From positions 71,484-135,483 of the forward strand of contig JAKBJL010000002.1 in the NCBI GenBank assembly GCA_021836035.1: 64,000 nucleotides of DNA, given 5' to 3'. This DNA is from a bacterium. GTDB lineage: Bacteria > Patescibacteriota > Microgenomatia > JAMCZE01. Both the position numbers and the translations under genes were made by a program. Shown here piece by piece: positions 1 through 8,866 of the stretch. The notes beneath the pieces are model-generated. The model was given only the letters and a program-made list of their open reading frames with translations, ran no database searches and was not told the origin of the DNA. Position 1 is the first letter of the stretch; each line of letters starts with the position of its first letter.

Positions 1-2
1 GT

Positions 3-662
3 TTTTTACCTAAGAGAAAAACTTGGGAATATTTATCTTCACTGGATGTTTTTGGTTACCTTTTAGCGCCACATCATTATGGTACCTGTGATCAGTCACT
101 TCAGGAAAGCATGGCCGCTGGCGTAGTACCTGTCGTTCTGGCGAACCCCATGGAAAGTTATATGGTAAAAAACGGAATTACCGGTATTGTGGTTAAAAAT
201 CAAACTGAATACGTTAGGGCTTTGCATGACTTGTATCGCAACCACAAACTAAGGAAGGTGCTATCTAAAAACGCTAGGCAATACGCTCAGAATTTCTCTC
301 TGGAGAAGATGATCGCAGAGTGGGATAAGGTATTTAAAGAAGCTTTAAGACTGCCAAAAACCCAAAAACGATGGAAAATCAATAGAAAAAACAAATTAGC
401 ACCAAAAGATATTTTTTTGGAATCCCTTGGGAGTTACGGTAAGGTTTTCGCCTCCTACTGCAACTCCAAGACTGACGAGGAAAAAGAGAGAGCTCTCAAA
501 AAAATAATAAAATTGGGGCAATTACCCAGATGGCAATCAGAGACGAAAAGTACGGTGCATAATTTCAATTCTTTTTTGCCTGGAGACAATTACCTAGCTT
601 TCTGGAGCAAAATGATGAGGAAGGCTCAAACCAATTATCAAGCCCAGAATAATAATGTATAA
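3..662 (+). CDS. GT4 family glycosyltransferase, 5' partial
   Basis: Frame is open from base 3 (FLPKRKTWEYLSSLDVFGYLLAPHHYGTCDQSLQESMAAGVVPVV). ESMAAG and FSLEKMIAEW match the GT4 C-terminal domain. The gene starts left of the window. Confidence 0.8.
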   Translation, partial: FLPKRKTWEYLSSLDVFGYLLAPHHYGTCDQSLQESMAAGVVPVVLANPMESYMVKNGITGIVVKNQTEYVRALHDLYRNHKLRKVLSKNARQYAQNFSLEKMIAEWDKVFKEALRLPKTQKRWKINRKNKLAPKDIFLESLGSYGKVFASYCNSKTDEEKERALKKIIKLGQLPRWQSETKSTVHNFNSFLPGDNYLAFWSKMMRKAQTNYQAQNNNV

Positions 663-1536
663 CAAGAATTTAGTTAGCGTCGGCATTCCCGCTTTTAATC
701 GTGCCGATAAAATAGAAAGAACAATAGATTCTATCCTTGCCCAGTCTTACAAATATCTTGAGTTAATTATTTCCGATGACGCATCCACGGACTGCACGTG
801 GCAAATCTGCAATGAATATGCCCGAAAAGATAAAAGGGTAAGGTGTTTTAGGCAAAAAAGTAACCTCGGGCTTAACGAAAATTTCAGTTTTCTATTAAGG
901 CAAGGGCGAGGAGAATATTTTTTGTGGATAAACGATGACGATTATTGTCATCCGGATTTTTTGTTGAAGTTAAAGAACGCTTTGGATAAACATCGCAGTT
1001 ACGGTATTGCTATGAGTTCTTTAAAGCAAATATTTGACGACGGCCAAGTGAAAAATGAGATAATTTATAAAGGTAAGAATAACGTTACAAACTATAGTCC
1101 AGGGCAGATTTTTAACGCAGCTATTTTTTATAATCCGCGAATTCACCTTTTTACGCTTGGCCTTTGGCGCCGAAAAGTTCTAGATCAACTTTTTATTCGA
1201 CCACTTCCGGTTACTACTGGAGTTGATAAAATCCTAGTTTGCGAGGCATCTTTCATGACGCGTTTTTATTCTGTCCCAGAAATTCTTTTCTATAAAACGC
1301 TTTATAGGGTTAATATGTTTGAGCGCCCATCCTATGGAGATTACCGAAGATTATATTTGAAGGACAGGGTCAAAATAAACTATACCATTACGCTGATTTT
1401 GTGGCTATTGACATCTCCAAATATTAGCATTCAACAAAAGATATTCTCCTTACCACCAAAGTTATTTTTAATTTTATGGTCAATGAAGTTTGAGCTCCTT
1501 AAGGAGATATTAATTAATTTTAGGAATATTATCTAA
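655..1536 (+). CDS. GT2 family glycosyltransferase
   Basis: VSVGIPAFN, IISDDASTD, NLGLNENF and WINDDD motifs of the GT-A fold. Confidence 0.9.
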   Translation: MYNKNLVSVGIPAFNRADKIERTIDSILAQSYKYLELIISDDASTDCTWQICNEYARKDKRVRCFRQKSNLGLNENFSFLLRQGRGEYFLWINDDDYCHPDFLLKLKNALDKHRSYGIAMSSLKQIFDDGQVKNEIIYKGKNNVTNYSPGQIFNAAIFYNPRIHLFTLGLWRRKVLDQLFIRPLPVTTGVDKILVCEASFMTRFYSVPEILFYKTLYRVNMFERPSYGDYRRLYLKDRVKINYTITLILWLLTSPNISIQQKIFSLPPKLFLILWSMKFELLKEILINFRNII

Positions 1537-2792
1537 ACCCTATTAATATCCCAATCAAGCTTGGGACGAATTATACCAGGCCAACCAGTATGAACATAAC
1601 GGTGAGCGGTCTTTGGATCATCATTGTCAACAATTTCAAAAGAGAGGGCCTTCGGACATTCGACATTACAACCGCTTACTGGAAAGTAATAATTAATTAT
1701 TGGAGTTATAGAATAAAACCCTGGCGCTAAGAAATTTCCTGGAATCTTGCAAACCGAATTGTAAACACCCGGTATTCTTTGCTTACCTCCGTAAACGGAG
1801 TGTTGGAAATCAAACGATGATAGAAGATGAATTCCTTCTTGAGTTCGAAGATAAAAGCCGGCTGTTGGTCGATAATCACCACGCATAACCCAGTATTGAA
1901 TTTCAATCGAGAATGGATCAGTAATGTTTATCTTACCTGAGACTTGGCCGGATTTATTAAGAATCCTGACTGACTTAAGACGGGCATAGTTATCTCCTGG
2001 AGCTGAATTTTTAGATTTCCATTCTATCTTCGCTTGACTTGATAGTCCCCGTTCCAGATACGTTTCAATTACAAAGTCAGGATTACCAATTGTTACAACT
2101 TTTCCGCCATCCAGTAACATTACGCTATTACAAAGACGTTGAATCGTGGCTACACTATGTGAAACAACCAAAACTGTTCTGCCATCTTTTGCGACCTGCT
2201 CCATTTTTTCCAGGCTTTTTTTCTGAAAAACAACATCACCAGTGGCCAAGACTTCGTCGACAACAAGAATTTCTGAATCAAGATTTGCAGCTACAGCAAA
2301 AGCCAGGCGGGTATACATTCCAGAAGAATAGTATTTAACTGGCGTATCTAAAAAGTTTTCAATTTCAGAAAAGCCCACAATTTCATCAAACTTTCTAGCA
2401 ATAGTTTTTCGGTCCATCCCTAATATTGCCCCATTAAGAAAAACATTCTCTCTTCCAGTTAATTCCGGATGAAAACCGGTGCCAATCTCTAAAAGACTGG
2501 TTAGTCGGCCGGAAATTTCTGCCCGTCCACTAGTCGGGGCTGTGATACGACTTAAAATTTTAAGCAAGGTACTTTTACCCGCTCCGTTTCGGCCAATTAT
2601 CCCCAATATCTCTCCCTGCTTTACCTCAAAAGAAATATCTTTTAGTGCCCAAAACTCATGTTCCTGCAAAACCGGAGCCGACGAATTGGATACGGCTTCC
2701 ATGATGGAATCACGTAATGTATCCTTACGGCGCTTCCCCCCGATAGAATATTTTTTAGAGATCTTATTAACTTTAATAATGGCTTCAGACAT
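1533..2792 (-). CDS. wzt: Polysaccharide ABC transporter ATP-binding subunit with C-terminal carbohydrate-binding-type domain
   Basis: Walker A GRNGAGKS, GFHPELTGREN, signature YSSGM, Walker B ILVVDE. About 170 aa C-terminal extension. Adjacent to the permease. Confidence 0.93.
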   Translation of the reverse strand: MSEAIIKVNKISKKYSIGGKRRKDTLRDSIMEAVSNSSAPVLQEHEFWALKDISFEVKQGEILGIIGRNGAGKSTLLKILSRITAPTSGRAEISGRLTSLLEIGTGFHPELTGRENVFLNGAILGMDRKTIARKFDEIVGFSEIENFLDTPVKYYSSGMYTRLAFAVAANLDSEILVVDEVLATGDVVFQKKSLEKMEQVAKDGRTVLVVSHSVATIQRLCNSVMLLDGGKVVTIGNPDFVIETYLERGLSSQAKIEWKSKNSAPGDNYARLKSVRILNKSGQVSGKINITDPFSIEIQYWVMRGDYRPTAGFYLRTQEGIHLLSSFDFQHSVYGGKQRIPGVYNSVCKIPGNFLAPGFYSITPIINYYFPVSGCNVECPKALSFEIVDNDDPKTAHRYVHTGWPGIIRPKLDWDINRV

Positions 2793-2794
2793 AT

Positions 2795-3613
2795 TTAAAC
2801 ATAATCAGCAAAGTTGTCTTCAGATCGGGAAAAATAAAATAGTCCAAAGGTAAAGACGATTAAAGTGATTAATAGTGAAATTAACACTAGGCCAAAATCA
2901 ATGTTATTGCTGCCCGCAACTAATGTCCTAAACGTCTCAAAAATACCGGTCAGAGGATTGGCAATCAGAAACCACTTGCGGTAATCGTAAATTATACTTA
3001 GCGGGTAAATTACGGGAGTAACGAAGATCCCAATCTGAACGAAAAAAGGCACAAGAAAACGAATATCACGATAACGGACATTCAGAGTGGCTAAAAATAG
3101 ACCGAGACCCAAAGTATTTAGCGATAGCATAAAGAGAAGCAGCGGAAGGAATAGAATTAACAATGGGCTGGGAATAATTCTATAGTAAATAAACATTAAT
3201 ATTAAAGGTATAAGGGAAACGAAAAAATCGACAACACTGGTCAGTACCGCAGATAACGGGATGAATAATCTCGGAAAATAGATTTTTTTAATAACCGGGC
3301 CCATGAGAACAACACTATTACTCGCCAAAGTTAATCCGCCTGAAAAGAAATTCCATAGGATTAGGCTGGAAAAAGAAAAAAGAGGATAAGGGAGATCTCC
3401 TGACGGAATTTTAGCCAGTTTTCCAAAAAAGATACTAAAAACTGCCGTCGTGACTACCGGTTGAAATAGAACCCATGCAATTCCCAAAAATGTCTGTCGA
3501 TATCGGACTTTTATGTCCCGCCAAACAAATACAAAAAGAAGTTCCCGTGACCGCCAGAGGTCATGAAGATTAATATCCCAAGGGCTTCGTTTTGGTCTGA
3601 TAACTGTGGTCAT
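2795..3613 (-). CDS. wzm: Polysaccharide ABC transporter permease
   Basis: RDIKVRYRQTFLGIAW, KKIYFPR, RYRD, TPVIYP and NPL motifs with several hydrophobic segments. Confidence 0.93.
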   Translation of the reverse strand: MTTVIRPKRSPWDINLHDLWRSRELLFVFVWRDIKVRYRQTFLGIAWVLFQPVVTTAVFSIFFGKLAKIPSGDLPYPLFSFSSLILWNFFSGGLTLASNSVVLMGPVIKKIYFPRLFIPLSAVLTSVVDFFVSLIPLILMFIYYRIIPSPLLILFLPLLLFMLSLNTLGLGLFLATLNVRYRDIRFLVPFFVQIGIFVTPVIYPLSIIYDYRKWFLIANPLTGIFETFRTLVAGSNNIDFGLVLISLLITLIVFTFGLFYFSRSEDNFADYV

Positions 3614-3618
3614 ATCGG

Positions 3619-3711
3619 TTAACTTTCTCGTATTAAGTCTAATATTCTCGTGGCTCTAATTTTCCAGGCATATTTCTGATTGATTTCTTTATTAGTAATA
3701 AAACTTAGCAT
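3619..3711 (-). pseudogene. Internally deleted GT4 relic (30-aa ORF MLSFITNKEINQKYAWKIRATRILDLIRES)
   Basis: Translated by hand. The start resembles the N-terminus (MLISFITK) and the end resembles the C-terminus (EYTWKKRGKKIISAISN) of GT4 6188-7396. It stops 5 bp before the wzm start. Confidence 0.55.
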
Positions 3712-3849
3712 TGCCTAATTGCTGACTATGATATGCCAAGACTTTCGTGATCCGCAACAACCACTTTATCTAAAATTTGCCAATTACCACCTATATTTTA
3801 AACTATTTACCCCCGGATGCCCTTTGCCAGTGCTATCATAAAAAATTCT

Positions 3850-4953
3850 TCAATCATACATAAAAAGCCTCAAAAATTTTCCAACACCCTTCAGCAAATC
3901 ATAACTTTTAACTTGTCTGCGCTCGATTTGAGACAGTTTGGTAGATGTTGCGGGCGAGTTAATAAGTTGAATTATTTTCTGAGCAAAGACGGAGGGATCA
4001 CTTGATTTAACAAGACTGCTGCGTTCCATTCCCGATAGTAGATAACGCGGTCCAACAGTATCTGTTGCCACAATAGGAACTCCTATAGCCATTGCTTCCA
4101 AAACCACCCGGGGAAATTCTTCTTCTTTTGAGGGCATAAAAAAAATATCTGCTATGGAAAAATATTTAGATATCTCTCGATTGCTAATTGGGCCAAGCAT
4201 TATAATTTCTTTATTTAAATGTTTTTTGCTCACTTCGGACTTTAAACTTGAGTATAAAGGCCCCCCACCTATGACAATAATAACCACATTTTTGATTCTT
4301 GACATTAACTTTTCGGCTATAGGTATAATCTTGTCGGCACCTTTTCGAGGTGACAACCAATGTACAAATAGCACTATCTTCTTATTCCGAACTCTGAGTT
4401 GTGCTTTTAGTTTATTTTTCTCTAAAGTAGAAAGTCTAGGAAATCTCCTCAAGTTAATCCAGAGCGGAAATATTTTAACTTTAATCTGATTGATATGATA
4501 TGTCGTTATAAAATACTCTTTCATGCCGGGGTTACTTGTGACCAGGAAGGAAACCAAATCCAAATTCAGACGAAAAGCGATTTCTTCCCATATTCTATGT
4601 TTGTGGTGTGAGTAAAACTGGGAGAACCAGAAAAATGATCTACCACCGAAAATTCTGACAATTATTGAGGCTATAATTGAAGAATAAAGAGAATAATGAA
4701 TATAAAAATTCTGATAACCTTTGAACTTTAGAATACTAAAAATGAACATTCTTTCTATAAGATTAAAAGGGGGGATACCAAAATGTGCAAGGTATGCATG
4801 CCCGAAAGGAGGCAGAGCAGAAGAAGGATTTTCCAAATAAATATAGAGATCAGACTTGCTAGACACATTTTCCAACAATTCATATATGTGGAAATAATGG
4901 CTACTAGAGTCAGGATTATATTCTGAAATAACATAACAAATTTTGGATTTCAT
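3850..4953 (-). CDS. GT4 family glycosyltransferase
   Basis: SPRKG, DIFFMPSKEEEFPRVVLEAMAIG. Start placed at ATG 4953 (MKSKICYV) to avoid overlap with the upstream wzm fragment. Confidence 0.9.
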   Translation of the reverse strand: MKSKICYVISEYNPDSSSHYFHIYELLENVSSKSDLYIYLENPSSALPPFGHAYLAHFGIPPFNLIERMFIFSILKFKGYQNFYIHYSLYSSIIASIIVRIFGGRSFFWFSQFYSHHKHRIWEEIAFRLNLDLVSFLVTSNPGMKEYFITTYHINQIKVKIFPLWINLRRFPRLSTLEKNKLKAQLRVRNKKIVLFVHWLSPRKGADKIIPIAEKLMSRIKNVVIIVIGGGPLYSSLKSEVSKKHLNKEIIMLGPISNREISKYFSIADIFFMPSKEEEFPRVVLEAMAIGVPIVATDTVGPRYLLSGMERSSLVKSSDPSVFAQKIIQLINSPATSTKLSQIERRQVKSYDLLKGVGKFLRLFMYD

Positions 4954-4960
4954 AATTTTC

Positions 4961-5203
4961 TTAAAGCGTATAGGGAATATTCTCTGAAGGATATTTTGCA
5001 ATCTTTCCGAAGAAGATACTGAATATCTCGGCAGTTACCAATGATTGAAATAATACCCAAGTAACCCCCAACAGGGTTTGTTTATATTTAGTTTTAATAT
5101 CCCGCAAGGCAAAAATATAAAATAGTTCTCGATATCGCCAAAGTTCGGACAAATCAATATTTAGTAACGAGGATTGGGGTTTAATAATAAATTCCCTGGT
5201 CAT
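4961..5203 (-). pseudogene. Truncated Wzm ABC permease paralogue (N-terminal 80 aa only)
   Basis: ELWRYRELFYIFALRDIKTKYKQTLLGVTWVLFQ...FSIFFGKIAK aligns to the first 80 aa of the intact Wzm, then stops. No downstream remainder. Confidence 0.85.
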
Positions 5204-5215
5204 TAATTAAGATAA

Positions 5216-5243
5216 ATTATAGCTTAAATATTTTTATATCCAA
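5216..5243 (-). promoter_or_regulatory. Putative sigma70 promoter for the leftward wzm'-GT4-wzm-wzt unit
   Basis: Perfect TATAAT (5221-5216) 12 nt upstream of ATG 5203. Weak TTGGAT -35 at 16-nt spacing. Confidence 0.5.
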
Positions 5244-5251
5244 AATATATA

Positions 5252-5280
5252 TTTACATAAGTATCTTCCCCTGATATTAT
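5252..5280 (+). promoter_or_regulatory. Putative sigma70 promoter with extended -10, probably giving a leaderless transcript
   Basis: TTTACA (5252-5257), 17 nt, TATTAT (5275-5280) preceded by TGn. ATG follows after 6 nt, at 5287. Confidence 0.6.
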
Positions 5281-5286
5281 CATTTC

Positions 5287-6210
5287 ATGAAAATTCTTAT
5301 CACCGGAGGCGCCGGATTTCAAGGCAGCCATCTTCTGGAGCACCTACTTCCCGGGAACCACCATATTACGATCTTAAATACCTATTCGGAAATCGCGGCC
5401 AGGAATATTAGTCTTTTATGTAAGGATATTAATTGTGTCTGGGGAAGTATTACTGATCCAGAGATAGTAGAAAAAACGATTAGAGGTCAGGACGTCATCG
5501 TTCATATGGCCGCAAGAATACATGTGGGAGAATCCATAAATAATCCCAGTGCCTTCATTGAGACTAACGTTAAGGGGACCCTTAATATTCTAGAGGCAAT
5601 GAGAAATGCCAATAGTAAAGCGCCAAGTTTAATTTATTGGAGTACCTGCGAAGTTTATGGAGCCCCGTTACAAGGCAAATTATCCGAGTGTTCCGAACTG
5701 AGGCCCCAAAGTCCCTACGCCGCCTCAAAAGCGGCTGCTGATCGCCTTTGCTATGCATACTATAAAACATATGGCTTAAATATTACGATCGTTCGACCAT
5801 TTAATATCTTCGGTGAACGACAAAAAATTGGGGTTGGTGGCGCGGTAATACCTACGTTCGTCGAACAAGCTATGAATAATCAACCGTTAACAATTTCCGG
5901 AAGCGGTAAGCAAACCAGAGATTATTTAAACGTCAAAGATGTCATACGCGCTTTTGATATTATTTTGCAAAACAAAAACTTATCCGGCCAGACCATTAAT
6001 TTTGCTACCGGGATAAACACCTCTATTTTAGAAATAGCAAGATACATTGCTAAAAAGTTTAATACCAAGATAATTCATACTAGTCCCAGACCGGGTGAGG
6101 TAATTGCCTTTCCTGCAGACTGCCATAAAGCAAAATCTTTGGGATTTCGACCCAGTATTCCAATTTGGGAAGGTATTGATAACTATATCAATTGGAGATT
6201 GCAGAAATAA
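5287..6210 (+). CDS. NAD-dependent nucleotide-sugar epimerase/dehydratase (extended SDR, dTDP-glucose 4,6-dehydratase-like)
   Basis: TGGAGFQG Rossmann motif, HMAA, STCEVYG, YAASK (YxxxK), RPFNIFG, QTRDY. Confidence 0.9.
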   Translation: MKILITGGAGFQGSHLLEHLLPGNHHITILNTYSEIAARNISLLCKDINCVWGSITDPEIVEKTIRGQDVIVHMAARIHVGESINNPSAFIETNVKGTLNILEAMRNANSKAPSLIYWSTCEVYGAPLQGKLSECSELRPQSPYAASKAAADRLCYAYYKTYGLNITIVRPFNIFGERQKIGVGGAVIPTFVEQAMNNQPLTISGSGKQTRDYLNVKDVIRAFDIILQNKNLSGQTINFATGINTSILEIARYIAKKFNTKIIHTSPRPGEVIAFPADCHKAKSLGFRPSIPIWEGIDNYINWRLQK

Positions 6211-7396
6211 TTTTTTTACCTCTTTTTTTCCAGGTATATTCTCCTTTAACATCTATAAAAGCCCGACGTGAAATTTTACGGGCAAAATTCTGGTGCCCCA
6301 TAAGAAATACAATTTTATCTGCCAAATCCCGGGGATCATCGGGTTTGGCAAAAATAGCATTCTCTTTATCGTTCAGCACCTCTCTAACTGATGGTAAATT
6401 CGTGGCCAGAATAGGATTACCGCTAGCCATATATTCAAACATTTTTAAAGGGGCCATAGTATACGCATAGTGTTTGTTCCAGGGGAAAGGCATGGCGCAT
6501 ATATCGAAAGCACGCATATATAAATATAGAGTTTTAGGTGGGACATGGCCCAGGAAAAGAGCTTTGGCTTCCGGAATCTCTTCCTCCTCTAGCATTTTTT
6601 GATAGTTAATAATATTTTCCTGGGGCCCACCAACACAGACCAAGAACAAACCGGGATATTTTGGAATCAATAACCCCATCGCTTTAATCAGTTCGGGGAT
6701 TCCTTTTTCCATGCCCGCAGTTACAAAACGACCACCATAACCTACAATAAATTTATCCGTTGGTAAGGATAGTTTTTTCCTGATCCGTGGTTTGGTCGTT
6801 GTAAAATCAAAATCTTCCATGTTAATTCCGTTGGGTAATGTAATAATTTTTTCATTGGGGAATCCCTGCCGCCGATAATAATCGGCAATATTATGATTGG
6901 AGGTTATTAATAAATCTACTCTGTTTATCCCTAATTTCTCAGTCAAATCTTCATACCTGTTTTGTGGTGGGATATGTACTTCGTAAATTACCATGGGCTC
7001 ATAGAATAAACGCGCTATATTTAAAAGGATCAAGGCCTCCTTGCATTCTGTAAAAAGATGAATAATCCGTCTGTTTTTTGACCAGAGATAATAAAGTAGC
7101 GCTATACTGAATGACCAGCTCATGAAAAGATATCTTAAATGAAGGATAATTAGTTCTAATAGTGGTATGCGGGGAAGTTCCAAAGCAAATAATTTTTTAA
7201 TCGGATAAAAGCCTTTTTTAATTTGGTAGTAATCCCAGAAATTAGCTTTTTTCAGTGCAGACACCTGTTTGCGATCAGGAATAACCAATTCTACTTTCTG
7301 GTTATTATCTACATAGGATTTACACATTGAGGCGATAGCGAACGATACGCCCCGCTCCTCCGGCATTCTTATTTTGGTTATGAAAGATATTAGCAT
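6188..7396 (-). CDS. GT4 family glycosyltransferase
   Basis: LPNG, EKGI, PLKMFEYMASGNPI, YTW motifs. Confidence 0.9.
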   Translation of the reverse strand: MLISFITKIRMPEERGVSFAIASMCKSYVDNNQKVELVIPDRKQVSALKKANFWDYYQIKKGFYPIKKLFALELPRIPLLELIILHLRYLFMSWSFSIALLYYLWSKNRRIIHLFTECKEALILLNIARLFYEPMVIYEVHIPPQNRYEDLTEKLGINRVDLLITSNHNIADYYRRQGFPNEKIITLPNGINMEDFDFTTTKPRIRKKLSLPTDKFIVGYGGRFVTAGMEKGIPELIKAMGLLIPKYPGLFLVCVGGPQENIINYQKMLEEEEIPEAKALFLGHVPPKTLYLYMRAFDICAMPFPWNKHYAYTMAPLKMFEYMASGNPILATNLPSVREVLNDKENAIFAKPDDPRDLADKIVFLMGHQNFARKISRRAFIDVKGEYTWKKRGKKIISAISN

Positions 7397-8190
7397 GATG
7401 CACTTATTAAACTACGTCCGCCTCTTAATGCTATCGCATTAAAATGAAAATTTTTAAAAATATCTCTGAATATTTCCAGTGATTTTCCCGTCAAATCTGG
7501 ATGATACTCACCTATATAATTTCGGGCGACCTTCATATCTTTTATTGTCAGAAACGCCCGATATTCTTCTCCCTCAATATCGAATTTAATTATATCCACA
7601 GTCTTTAATTTTAAATTCTTCAATATATCAGTTATTGTTTTACCCCTAACCCATATCGACCGCTGCCCCGCCTCCCTCTTCAAGAGCGATGACGACAAGT
7701 TATTATCCTGGTTTAGATAAAATTTATTATTACCGGATCTGTCGGTAATAGCCCAATTATATGCTTGAGCATTTGTTAACTGTTTTATATTCAACAATAG
7801 CAACTGATAATTTCCGGGGTTGGGTTCAAAACAAATTATTCTCGACTGGGTGAATTTCAGTTTGAAATAGATTACCGATATTCCGATATGCGAACCAAAA
7901 TCAAGAATAATAGGTTTAGAAGCTTTTATGTCATTACGGTAAATTTCTTTTAAAAACACGTCGTCAATAGCTACCAGGTCTGCATCATCTCTTATATAAA
8001 TAAAAAATTTGGTTCCCTTCCAGCACAGCTGCAACTTAACCGGGCTCGAGGTTAAATAGGGTAGTCTTCCCTTAAATAAGGACAGAAAAGACCTAAGGAT
8101 CAATTTGATTTTTGTGGATCTATCCGCACAAAGAAACAATAGTCTCTTGGTTCTATGTAAATTATCAGTAACGTTTTTCAGCAGTTGCAT
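7390..8190 (-). CDS. FkbM family methyltransferase
   Basis: ILDFGSHIG, CFEPNP, DIIKFDIEGEE, GEYH motifs. Confidence 0.88.
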   Translation of the reverse strand: MQLLKNVTDNLHRTKRLLFLCADRSTKIKLILRSFLSLFKGRLPYLTSSPVKLQLCWKGTKFFIYIRDDADLVAIDDVFLKEIYRNDIKASKPIILDFGSHIGISVIYFKLKFTQSRIICFEPNPGNYQLLLLNIKQLTNAQAYNWAITDRSGNNKFYLNQDNNLSSSLLKREAGQRSIWVRGKTITDILKNLKLKTVDIIKFDIEGEEYRAFLTIKDMKVARNYIGEYHPDLTGKSLEIFRDIFKNFHFNAIALRGGRSLISASC

Positions 8191-8219
8191 TCGTGTTCAA
8201 GAGATAAGATGAACCCTCA

Positions 8220-8864
8220 TTAAATTTTTTTTCCTACAAAAACGATGTCGTCGGCAAACAGATCCGGAAATGATTTTGCTAAAAAGTGGAATTTATCGAC
8301 TGTTAAAGCGTGTACCTCGACATCTGGAAATATGCTTTTAAAAACATTTCTTATAATACTTATTGAAAAAACGTTAAGATGTGTCGGATCGGAAATTGAA
8401 TTCGGAATTTGTCCTTTTAAAAATCTTACTCTTTCTAAAATATGAAAAGCATTCGGTACTGAACCTACGAATATGCCGCCGGGTTTTAGAATTCTAAATA
8501 CCTTCTTAATTACCTCCTTAGGGAAATAAAGATGTTCCAGAATTTCCCCTGCTACTATCACATCAAAGGAATTAGCAGTAAATGGCCAATTTCTGGAATT
8601 TAAATCAAATTGCCTAGTATTTATATATAGATTTTTTTTACAAATAGCTAGTAGTCTCTTATCAATATCTACTCCTAGGACGGTATTTCCTTTAGTAAAA
8701 TATTTCGTCATAGTACCATCACGACACCCAAGATCCAATACTCTTTTACCTCTGCCTATGATATCGGAAAACAATTTTCCGCGCTCTTTTTCAAAATAAG
8801 CAAAATATTCTCGGTGGTTATTCCGATGATGGTACTGATAAATATCGCTAATTACGGATTTCAT
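8220..8864 (-). CDS. Class I SAM-dependent methyltransferase
   Basis: VLDLGCRDG, GVDID, FDVIVAGEILEHL, LKPGG, SVPN. Confidence 0.9.
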   Translation of the reverse strand: MKSVISDIYQYHHRNNHREYFAYFEKERGKLFSDIIGRGKRVLDLGCRDGTMTKYFTKGNTVLGVDIDKRLLAICKKNLYINTRQFDLNSRNWPFTANSFDVIVAGEILEHLYFPKEVIKKVFRILKPGGIFVGSVPNAFHILERVRFLKGQIPNSISDPTHLNVFSISIIRNVFKSIFPDVEVHALTVDKFHFLAKSFPDLFADDIVFVGKKI

Positions 8865-8866
8865 GT

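Noticed and set aside
1520-1560. Terminators at the convergent junctions (1533-1536 and 6188-6210)
   Set aside because: The genes overlap and no convincing GC-rich hairpin with a U-tract is visible.
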